From positions 4,480,001 to 4,544,000 of the forward strand of contig OZ240245.1 in the NCBI GenBank assembly GCA_965198175.1: a DNA stretch of 64,000 nt, read 5' to 3'. This document shows, piece after piece, positions 38,486-46,528 of this stretch. The stretch is from Candidatus Poribacteria bacterium. Lineage in GTDB: Bacteria; Poribacteria; WGA-4E; PCPOR2b. The notes beneath the pieces are model-generated. The model did no database searches. It was not told the DNA's origin and saw only the letters and a list, made by a program, of their open reading frames with translations. Positions within the stretch are counted from its first letter, which is position 1; each line of letters begins with the position of its first letter. Made by a program: the position numbers and the translations under genes.

Positions 38486-39385
38486 ATGAAGCGCAAATAC
38501 CAAATCCTACTCATAATATGCTGCCTGTGCGTGATTTTGGTAAATCCCGATACGCAGGCAAAAGATACGGTTACCACCACATTTACCTTCGGTAAGATTG
38601 AGGTGCTTAAAACCGGCGAACGGGAATGGGCTTTCTTGGAAAAAGGCACGGTCTTGAATGATAATGACCTAGTCCGTATGCCGCCGTTCTCGTTAATTCG
38701 GCTAAGGGACGCACACGAGATTCTCTTGCCAACGCTTCCAGGAGGACGCGAGTTGCCCATCAGCAAGTTAATCAATGAAGGGCGTCAACGCAGAAAGGAA
38801 TCCAAGGGGAGGCGTATCAGTGCGCCGTTTGACAGTAGCCCTGCAATTGATGTGCTGCCACTTGGTAACAAACCAAAAGGGGATAATCTCTTCAAGACAC
38901 CTGCTCCATCTCAACCAACTCCACTGATGCGAAGCGAACTAGAAGCGCTGCGTCGCCAACTCGATTCACTTCCCGATGAAATCGCATCTCTCATTTCTCG
39001 AAGCCTTCTGCAGGATAATCGTGCGAAGGAGGATTCGTACCCTAGCACTAATCTGTCTCATGCACTTACCCTTTATTACAACACCCTCGGAGATATTGAG
39101 ACGAGAACTACAATCACTTCAAATCGTTCCCTGTTGTATGCCCAACTGCTTCGTTGGATTGAGATTGATGCGGACCTCATAGTGAACAGTAAGGGCGAAC
39201 TTTTTGTTATTTTTGATAGCGGTGTTCCCATCGAAGGGAGCAAACAGATTGCTGCCAATCAGCAACTCATCCACAGAAAACCGGGGGCTGATACCGTTTG
39301 GATTTCCATTCAGATTCCGCCTATTCGACAAAATTTCACAACCGCATGGTATACAGCAGGCCGGAAACTAGAGAGCGCACAATAG
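38486..39385 (+). CDS. Exported protein with FecR-like N-terminal region and a degenerate transglutaminase-like C-terminus
   Basis: AAAGGAGG SD; signal peptide; GKIEV...W..LEKGTVL..NDLVR; C-terminus aligns with the upstream gene's C-terminus. Confidence 0.6.
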   Translation: MKRKYQILLIICCLCVILVNPDTQAKDTVTTTFTFGKIEVLKTGEREWAFLEKGTVLNDNDLVRMPPFSLIRLRDAHEILLPTLPGGRELPISKLINEGRQRRKESKGRRISAPFDSSPAIDVLPLGNKPKGDNLFKTPAPSQPTPLMRSELEALRRQLDSLPDEIASLISRSLLQDNRAKEDSYPSTNLSHALTLYYNTLGDIETRTTITSNRSLLYAQLLRWIEIDADLIVNSKGELFVIFDSGVPIEGSKQIAANQQLIHRKPGADTVWISIQIPPIRQNFTTAWYTAGRKLESAQ

Positions 39386-39479
39386 AATCAAGCAAGCATT
39401 TCATTGGTATGGCTGTGCTAGGAAGAGTAGATACGCTTTGTCTGTTTGGAGGTTCAGTTCGCGGCGAAGTTATTTGTCT

Positions 39480-39565
39480 CGCTTACTGTGGAGCGCCCGT
39501 TCTTCCTCGCCATCCGTGATGATAGGACAAGAACGGTGCTGTTCATGGGGGTTGTCATCGATCCG
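39480..39565 (+). pseudogene. Serpin C-terminal fragment
   Basis: LTVERPFFLAIRDDRTRTVLFMGVVIDP matches the serpin C-terminal signature pattern; no N-terminal part present. Confidence 0.6.
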
Positions 39566-39633
39566 ATAAATAGGTTGCCTATTCGTTACTTCCCTTCTTA
39601 CCGTTTCGCGTCTTCCGCAATACGCATCATGTT

Positions 39634-41607
39634 ATGTCCTTCAAATGGGTCCGTGTTCAGAAAGCATATTTGCTCATCGCATTCGTGAGCCTACTACCAT
39701 TCTTGGTGATGGGACTTTCGCGGGAGTTTGGACTGTTCGAGTTTATCGAATTACAAACACTAGATGGACGGTTACGCTTGCCATCTGCACATTCGCGGCA
39801 AATATCTCCCCAGATTTCGCTAATTCGGATTGATGCCCAAAGCGAAGAGATCCTCCAGCCGCTGCCTTGGCCCCATCACATTTATGCTTCGATGCTGAAC
39901 GCACTTCAAGAAGCGAATCCAAGAGCAATTGGCTTAATCACCTGGTTCAACCGCGAATGGGAGGAACAACATCGCCTCCCCGGTGAAAAGCTGTTTGTCA
40001 TCCAACCCTATTCTTCGGTAAACAACGCCGGAAATCGACATGCTTTTCCGGAAGTCACCAATTGGTACCATTTACCTCGCAACTTGGAACAAGCACAAGG
40101 CTCTAGTTTTAGCGAGTTTTCCTTGAACCGTTCCGATGGCATCTATCGTTCAGCCCAACTTGTTGTTAAGCACAGCGCGGAAGAGGACTACCGCTACTCG
40201 ATCGAAATGTTAATCCTGTGTCAAATCTATGGCGTTCCTGCTACATCAATCAAGGTCCAAGAAGAATTCTGGAGGGGAAAATTTCTAGAATTGACTCTGC
40301 CGTCCGTCGAACCGCTCCGCATCCCTATTGATTTGCAGGGCAGGCTTTTCATTCGATTTGTCGGGGGCACTTCTGCATTTCAATACACCTCCTTCGTCAA
40401 TGCATTTGAGCAATCTGAGGAAGATACGCCAAAATTCAGGCGAAAATTCGAAGGAAAATCTGTCCTAATTGGCATCACAACAGCGAGTGCCCTACAGGCT
40501 TCGACGCCATTCGGCAAAATGTCTGCGCTCGCTCTGCGCGCTAATTTGCTTAACACCCTACTAAATCAAGATTTCATCTGGCGGTTGAGTGGAAAGGCAA
40601 ATCTTCTCTATCTCACCTGTCTCGCAATCGTTTCCACCATTGCCGCAATCCTTATCTGCCGAACTGGGCACGGCTACAGATCGATGCTACTCATCGCAGG
40701 CGGATTGCTTATCCTCCATCTTCTATTTGTTTTCGCAATGTTTGTGCTGTTCAACATTTGGATTGAGTTAACTGCCTCTAGCCTTGCCCTTATCCTGTGC
40801 GGTGTAGCGAGTAGCCTATTCCTAGCGCATTTTCGACTTCGGCAGCTTTTCTCGCAGTTACAAACAACGCGACAAGAACTTGTCAGAGCCGAAAAAGAGG
40901 CGGTTTTTGGGGTGATGTCCGCACGGGTACGGCATGAACTGCGAAATGCTCTCAACCTGGTGCGCGCACCTGCAGAGATGATTCGAAATAATTTCCAAAA
41001 ACAAGATCCATTGAATCTACGGGAGCATCCTGAAGAAATCATCGGCGAAATGGATGGCATCATTGGCTGGGTTACAAAACTGGACGAAATGATCGAAAAT
41101 GAACTCAGCTTTTTTCAAAACACCCAGCTTAATCTTCAACAGCAAGCATTCGAGCCGATTCTGAGATTTGCGCTGGAGATGGTGGAACCATTGATTGCTG
41201 AAAAGCAGATTAAAGTTCAGTTGAATTTTCCAAGCGAAACACCGAAGCTTTCCGTTGACGCTGACAAAATGCGAATAGTTTTTGCGAACTTGATAAAAAA
41301 CGCTTGTCAGGCTATGACTAAGGGCGGCGAATTAGAAATTGCTATAGAGACACTACATTTAACATCCCCACAAACCGTAACTACTGTCGTCATCAGGGAT
41401 ACAGGGGCTGGCATCCCTGTAGATGAGCTCGATCGGATTTTTGAGCCCTTTCACACGACAAAACCGCGTGGATTGGGACTCGGCTTAGTTAATGTTAAGA
41501 ATATCGTCGAGGGACATGGCGGAGAGGTATGTGTAGAGAGCGTAGTCGGCGTCGGAACGACATTTTTCATCCAACTTCCTGCGAATCAAAAAAAGGAGAA
41601 AACGTAA
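39634..41607 (+). CDS. CHASE2-domain sensor histidine kinase
   Basis: TM, ELQTLD.RL..., IDAQS...LPWP, DGIYR, VLIG, TPFG (CHASE2), then TMs; RHELRN H-box, NLIKNA, DTGAGI, IFEPF, GLGLGL. Confidence 0.9.
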   Translation: MSFKWVRVQKAYLLIAFVSLLPFLVMGLSREFGLFEFIELQTLDGRLRLPSAHSRQISPQISLIRIDAQSEEILQPLPWPHHIYASMLNALQEANPRAIGLITWFNREWEEQHRLPGEKLFVIQPYSSVNNAGNRHAFPEVTNWYHLPRNLEQAQGSSFSEFSLNRSDGIYRSAQLVVKHSAEEDYRYSIEMLILCQIYGVPATSIKVQEEFWRGKFLELTLPSVEPLRIPIDLQGRLFIRFVGGTSAFQYTSFVNAFEQSEEDTPKFRRKFEGKSVLIGITTASALQASTPFGKMSALALRANLLNTLLNQDFIWRLSGKANLLYLTCLAIVSTIAAILICRTGHGYRSMLLIAGGLLILHLLFVFAMFVLFNIWIELTASSLALILCGVASSLFLAHFRLRQLFSQLQTTRQELVRAEKEAVFGVMSARVRHELRNALNLVRAPAEMIRNNFQKQDPLNLREHPEEIIGEMDGIIGWVTKLDEMIENELSFFQNTQLNLQQQAFEPILRFALEMVEPLIAEKQIKVQLNFPSETPKLSVDADKMRIVFANLIKNACQAMTKGGELEIAIETLHLTSPQTVTTVVIRDTGAGIPVDELDRIFEPFHTTKPRGLGLGLVNVKNIVEGHGGEVCVESVVGVGTTFFIQLPANQKKEKT

Positions 41608-41635
41608 AGATAGGCAGATAAGTCAATGGGGACAT

Positions 41636-41693
41636 GAGTTCAAAGGTTCATTGAGGTCTGCTTGAGCCTTTTGAGCTTTGAACCCTTGAACTC
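41636..41693. repeat. Imperfect inverted repeat between kinase and regulator
   Basis: GAGTTCAAAGGTTCA ... TGAACCCTTGAACTC with short TTGAG/TTGAA units. Confidence 0.45.
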
Positions 41694-41714
41694 GCGCTTC
41701 GCGTTTAACGTTCC

Positions 41715-43148
41715 ATGAAACCATCACGGATTTTAATCGCAGACGACGAACACGCAACTTGTAGATACATCGACAAACAACTTAAAATGGAATCGTCAAT
41801 TGATGCTACTGTGGAATTTGCCTACGACCGGGACGAGGCAATGGCGCTATTGACACGAAATCCAGATTATGATTTGATTCTAGTCGATCTCTGGATGCCA
41901 GATGCAGAAGGTATTTTAGATAGAGAAGCGGGATTAAGAATCCTTAAGCACAGTAAAACACGGCAGCCCGCGCCACAGGCAATCGTAATCACTGCGAACA
42001 TCTCGTCGAAGACTGCGCTTGAAGCGAGTGGATTAGGAATCTATGACTATATCAGCAAGCCAATTGACTATACCCACCTAATTACCATCATCAAGGGGGC
42101 GTTAAACCAACGCACTCGACATGATCAGGAACCTTCGTCTACCGCTGAAGCAAAAGAGATAGAAGGTAATGAAATCATCGGCAGCAGTAACGCGATAATC
42201 GAGGTGATGAAAAAAGTCGGGCGAGTTGCCCATTCGGATGTTGATGTCTTAATCTATGGCGAGAGCGGTACAGGTAAAGAGTCTGTCGCACATGCCATTC
42301 ATGCGCATAGCCCCCGCCCTGAAGGACCTTTTATTGTTGTCAACTGTAGTGCTATTCCGGCGGAATTAATCGAAGCAGAGCTATTCGGAATTGGAAAACG
42401 GGTGGCAACAGCGGTCGATCAACGTCCGGGGAAGTTTCAGCAAGCGGATGGTGGCACAATCTTCCTTGATGAAATTGGCGACCTAGACCTAGCTATGCAG
42501 CCCAAGCTGCTGCGTGTGTTAGATTCTAAGGAACTTCAGGGAATCGGGATGGATGTTCAGCGGGTCAATGTTCGGGTTATCGCTGCAACTAATCGGGATC
42601 TCCAAGCGGCTGTAGACGCGGGGACGTTCCGAAGCGATCTCTATTATCGCCTGAAGTTCATGATCACCTTGCCACCGCTGCGTGAACGTCAGGGCGACAT
42701 TCGGTTACTCGCATCGCATTTCCTCCGTAAGTATGTGCGCATACCGGAATCGGGACAAATCCACGGTTTCGACGAGGCAGTCCTGTCAGCGTTTGAGCGA
42801 TATCAATGGCCGGGAAATATTCGTGAACTGCAGAAAGCCATTCAATATGCGGTTGTCACCTGTACGGGAAACCTAATCACGCAGAACGATTTACCCCCTG
42901 AAATCTTCAGTGCGCCTGAACTAGAGACGCTTCATCGGGACATAGAGCGAGACACAACACCTCTACATAGTTTACTCGATGTCCTAACAATTAAAGAGGC
43001 CTCCCAGGGCTTCGAGAAAATCTTCCTAGAACACAAGCTCAAACAGAATAACTGGAACATCCAGGCAACTGCGCAACAGATTGGGATTAAGCGCCAGTCA
43101 TTGCATCGTAAAATTAGGGAACTTGGCTTGGATCGAAACGGGAATTAA
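41715..43148 (+). CDS. NtrC-family response regulator (REC-AAA+-Fis HTH) with non-canonical GAFTGA loop
   Basis: ADDE, DLWMP, ITA, KP receiver; GESGTGKE, IFLDEIG, FRSDLYYRL, WPGNIREL; TAQQIGIKRQSLHRK HTH. Confidence 0.92.
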   Translation: MKPSRILIADDEHATCRYIDKQLKMESSIDATVEFAYDRDEAMALLTRNPDYDLILVDLWMPDAEGILDREAGLRILKHSKTRQPAPQAIVITANISSKTALEASGLGIYDYISKPIDYTHLITIIKGALNQRTRHDQEPSSTAEAKEIEGNEIIGSSNAIIEVMKKVGRVAHSDVDVLIYGESGTGKESVAHAIHAHSPRPEGPFIVVNCSAIPAELIEAELFGIGKRVATAVDQRPGKFQQADGGTIFLDEIGDLDLAMQPKLLRVLDSKELQGIGMDVQRVNVRVIAATNRDLQAAVDAGTFRSDLYYRLKFMITLPPLRERQGDIRLLASHFLRKYVRIPESGQIHGFDEAVLSAFERYQWPGNIRELQKAIQYAVVTCTGNLITQNDLPPEIFSAPELETLHRDIERDTTPLHSLLDVLTIKEASQGFEKIFLEHKLKQNNWNIQATAQQIGIKRQSLHRKIRELGLDRNGN

Positions 43149-43257
43149 TTGAGGTTTTTCGTTCGCCTACACGGTTCTGATTGCATATACAATGGAACAA
43201 GGAGCGGTGTTAATGAAGATAAACGGCATGACGCCCCAATCCTGCTCCATCCAAAAA

Positions 43258-43294
43258 TGTCACTTCAGGGCGACAGTGTCGCATCTGAGTGACA
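43258..43294. promoter_or_regulatory. Tandem palindromic sites, putative enhancer (UAS)
   Basis: TGTCAC-N6-GCGACA G TGTCGC-N6-GTGACA, about 145-180 nt upstream of the sigma54 site. Confidence 0.65.
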
Positions 43295-43435
43295 ATAAAT
43301 GTGAAGTTAATCGGAGATATAGCTTCGATGTTGAGAGGTCAAGAATCGTGTACGATCCCTGTTTTGTGCTTTGAGTGGAACATCCAACCTAACTCTCTAT
43401 GTTTTTCTCTCCATATCCTCACCTGTCTCCTATCG

Positions 43436-43451
43436 CTGGCACACATCTTGC
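43436..43451 (+). promoter_or_regulatory. Sigma54 -24/-12 promoter
   Basis: CTGGCACACATCTTGC, exact TGGCAC-N5-TTGC consensus, about 65 nt upstream of ATG 43516. Confidence 0.8.
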
Positions 43452-43515
43452 CTATACTATAAATATAAATCGACTCCATCAGAAATGAGAATTGAATATC
43501 ATTAAGGAAACAAGA

Positions 43516-44736
43516 ATGGCTCAACAGACGAATCCATCAACTCAAATCTTTGCTGAAGCGTCCATTGAAGATTGGTCTCCGCAGTTTGAATCTGTGCCTG
43601 CGGATATGGGAATACAACCCAAAGCATTTGCGGAAGTATCACGTATGGGTACTGCGCAACACATCCCGGTAATGGAAGATGTCGATGAAGTCTTTGAACC
43701 TTCTTTGGACTCCGACCATCAGGAATCTATGCGTGGGAGTTTTCTCGGTACGTATCTTTGCCAGATGGGCAGTATTCCACGTTTGACGCAAGACGAAGAA
43801 TTGGATGTCTTTGTTAAGATTGAGAAGTACCGCAAACGCATCAATGAATGTTATCAGGAATTGATGACCTACCCGCTTGAGATAGATCCGGAAGATTTGC
43901 CGAGCCCGCTTTCCTTGAAAAATCGGATTGTCGCTGAATCTTTTGTTCCGTCCGCGCAAAGATACCTTTTGGAGCTTGTGGGACATATACAACACCTGCA
44001 AGGCGAAATCCACACTGCTAAAAACTATGTTGTTGAGGCAAACCTGAGATTGGCAGTCTGTATTGCCAAGAAATACCAAGAACGTGGACTTGATTTGCCG
44101 GATCTCATCCAGGAAGCAAACATCGGATTAATCAACGCCGTCAATCACTTTGATTGGAGACGCGGTGTGAAATTTAGCGCATATGCTTCTTGGTGGATTC
44201 AGCAAGCCCTTGGGTGTAGCATTGCAAATCATGGGCGAACGATTCGTGTTCCAGCGTATCTTCTCGACGATATCAGGAAAGCGAATCGAGCGAAAGCGCG
44301 ATTCCAACAAAACACCAACCATGAACCCACTCTAAAAGAAATCTCTGAAGCAACTGGATTTTCAGTTGATAAGATTATGGAATTGAATCGGATTTCGGCG
44401 GATACAACCTCACTGGAAGATTGTATCAGCATGGAAACGGGGGGTGAAGTTGAAGAATTAATTCCCTGCGAACAAGCTATGAATCCCCTCACGGACATAA
44501 TTACGAAAAACCTTATTGAAGAAGTTAAGATGGCGATAGCTGAATTGCCACCCCGTGAGAAACAGATAGTCTTGTTGAGATACGGTCTGGAAAACAGCGA
44601 AGAACACAATTTACAGGAAATTGGGGTGATACTGAACCTTTCACGAGAACGAGTTCGGCAATTGGAAGCGAGGGCGTTGAATCGGCTACGCCACCCTTCT
44701 CGAAGCAAAAAACTCAGCGAATTTCTCTTTTCGTAA
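43516..44736 (+). CDS. RpoD/RpoS-like sigma70 factor (probably alternative, group 2-like)
   Basis: EANLRLA..IAKKY, DLIQEANIGL, KFSAYASWWIQQ, RTIRVP, LSRERVRQLE..AL.RLRHP. Confidence 0.9.
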   Translation: MAQQTNPSTQIFAEASIEDWSPQFESVPADMGIQPKAFAEVSRMGTAQHIPVMEDVDEVFEPSLDSDHQESMRGSFLGTYLCQMGSIPRLTQDEELDVFVKIEKYRKRINECYQELMTYPLEIDPEDLPSPLSLKNRIVAESFVPSAQRYLLELVGHIQHLQGEIHTAKNYVVEANLRLAVCIAKKYQERGLDLPDLIQEANIGLINAVNHFDWRRGVKFSAYASWWIQQALGCSIANHGRTIRVPAYLLDDIRKANRAKARFQQNTNHEPTLKEISEATGFSVDKIMELNRISADTTSLEDCISMETGGEVEELIPCEQAMNPLTDIITKNLIEEVKMAIAELPPREKQIVLLRYGLENSEEHNLQEIGVILNLSRERVRQLEARALNRLRHPSRSKKLSEFLFS

Positions 44737-45261
44737 TAACGTGACTTCTGTGTCAAAATCTGCAACAACGGGGCATGGATGCGGAAGTCAACTCAAGTGG
44801 AAACTTCAAAACTAGCCCTCGTCGCCAAAGAATAAAATCGCCAAATACCATCTTCACCATCTCCCCGCATGTTTTCCCGCAGAAAGTCCCTCCGCAACCC
44901 ATCTTTTCTGAAACGAACTCTCTTCGTTTACCCCTTCTTTCCTCATTGCAAGCCTAGAGAAATCCGATCTGCCCCCAAATTGCTGAGAGGAACTTCTCAA
45001 AGTGATATCCTTATCAATCTGATCGACTCTCTCATAGCGTAAATACATCAGGAATTGGAAAAATAATCAATTTCACCCCTTTTTGTGGTATACTTGTGAG
45101 GAGGTATGTGTGAATCTTAGGGCGGGTTGATGAGTTGATTGGTTTAACCGGATAGGCTGGTCATCGCTTGGTCAACAAACCCCAATCCAGTTTAAATACC
45201 GAGAGTAGCTGTCCGAAGATGAATTTCGGTTTCAAGAATGGAAGAATAAGGAGCGAATAAG

Positions 45262-46368
45262 ATGCGGACGAGAACGGCTGTTGTCTACGAACACAACAAA
45301 CCGGTTATTGTTGACGATTTAGAATTAGATGAACCGAAAGCGAACGAAGTGCTTATCCGTATGGTCGCAACTGGCGTATGCCATTCGGATTTGTCCATTG
45401 TGAACGGAACTATCTATTACGACCCTCCGACCGCAATTGGGCATGAGGGGGCAGGTGTGATTGAGCACGTCGGTGAAGGCGTTAGCTACGTCCGTCCTGG
45501 CGATCACGTCGTGCTCTCATTCGTCAGCTTCTGCGGGGATTGCCGGATGTGTCAGAATAACCTCGTGAGGCTATGTGAGGGTTTCCGAGTGCCACGTGGC
45601 CATTTGCTGGACGGAACCTGTCGATTACACAATAAATCGGGCCAACCCATACTCCAAATGGCGCGGATCGCTACAATGTCCGAATATACCGTTGTTCCAG
45701 AGCAGAGCTTGGTCAAAGTTGATTCGCATTATCCACTCGAAAAAGCGGTCTTGGTAGGATGCGGGGTGGCAACAGGAGTCGGGGCTGTGTTGAACACGGC
45801 AAATGTCGAAGCCGGAAGTTCGGTTGCAGTAATCGGAACGGGCGGTGTCGGATTGAACGTGATTCAAGGGGCTGTGCTAGCTTCCGCAGAACGCATTATC
45901 GCTATAGACCTCATTGAGAACAAGCTCCAGTTCGCCAAAAGCTTTGGCGCGACGGACTTGGTGAATGCGTCGACATGCAATCCGGTCGAAGCGGTTCGAG
46001 AATTGACGGACGGCAAGTACGTCGATTACGCTTTTGAAGTCATCGGCAACCCGAAGACGATAGAACAAGCTTATGCGATGATACGTCCCGGAGGAACTGC
46101 TGTCGTCATTGGGGCTTGCAACCAGGATGCTCAAGTGCGCATACCTGCCCAGAATATCGTCCTGAGCGAGAAAAGGTTAATTGGATCGTTTTACGGCTCT
46201 TCCAGCCCTCGCGTCGCTATGCCTAATCTGCTCAAGCTTTACGAAAATGGCAAGCTCAAACTTGATGAATTGATTACGCAAACCTATCGCCTTGAACAGA
46301 TTAACGACGCCTTTGCTGACATGGAAGCCGGTAAGAATGCTAGGGGCGTCATTTTGTACGATAACTAA
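45262..46368 (+). CDS. Zn-dependent alcohol dehydrogenase (class III-like MDR)
   Basis: GVCHSD, GHEGAG, CGDCRMC.......C, GCGV.TG.GA, GTGGVG. Confidence 0.92.
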   Translation: MRTRTAVVYEHNKPVIVDDLELDEPKANEVLIRMVATGVCHSDLSIVNGTIYYDPPTAIGHEGAGVIEHVGEGVSYVRPGDHVVLSFVSFCGDCRMCQNNLVRLCEGFRVPRGHLLDGTCRLHNKSGQPILQMARIATMSEYTVVPEQSLVKVDSHYPLEKAVLVGCGVATGVGAVLNTANVEAGSSVAVIGTGGVGLNVIQGAVLASAERIIAIDLIENKLQFAKSFGATDLVNASTCNPVEAVRELTDGKYVDYAFEVIGNPKTIEQAYAMIRPGGTAVVIGACNQDAQVRIPAQNIVLSEKRLIGSFYGSSSPRVAMPNLLKLYENGKLKLDELITQTYRLEQINDAFADMEAGKNARGVILYDN

Positions 46369-46528
46369 AACCGCAACCACGTTAATTCTGACAGCCAACC
46401 CTCCGCTTTCCCAGAAAAAACGCCACCCGATCTAATCATTTGCCCCCAATGTGCATCATAATATAATAGAAGGCAATGACGCTGATGTCATTGCCACGTT
46501 AAGCCAAACAACATCGGGAGCGATGAAA

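Noticed and set aside
43516..44736. Calling this the primary rpoD
   Set aside because: Region 2.3-2.4 deviates (FSAYASWWIQQ), no dnaG context, and it follows a sigma54 promoter.
44775..45048. Small ORFs or ncRNA between the sigma70 and ADH genes
   Set aside because: No recognisable motif or convincing structure.
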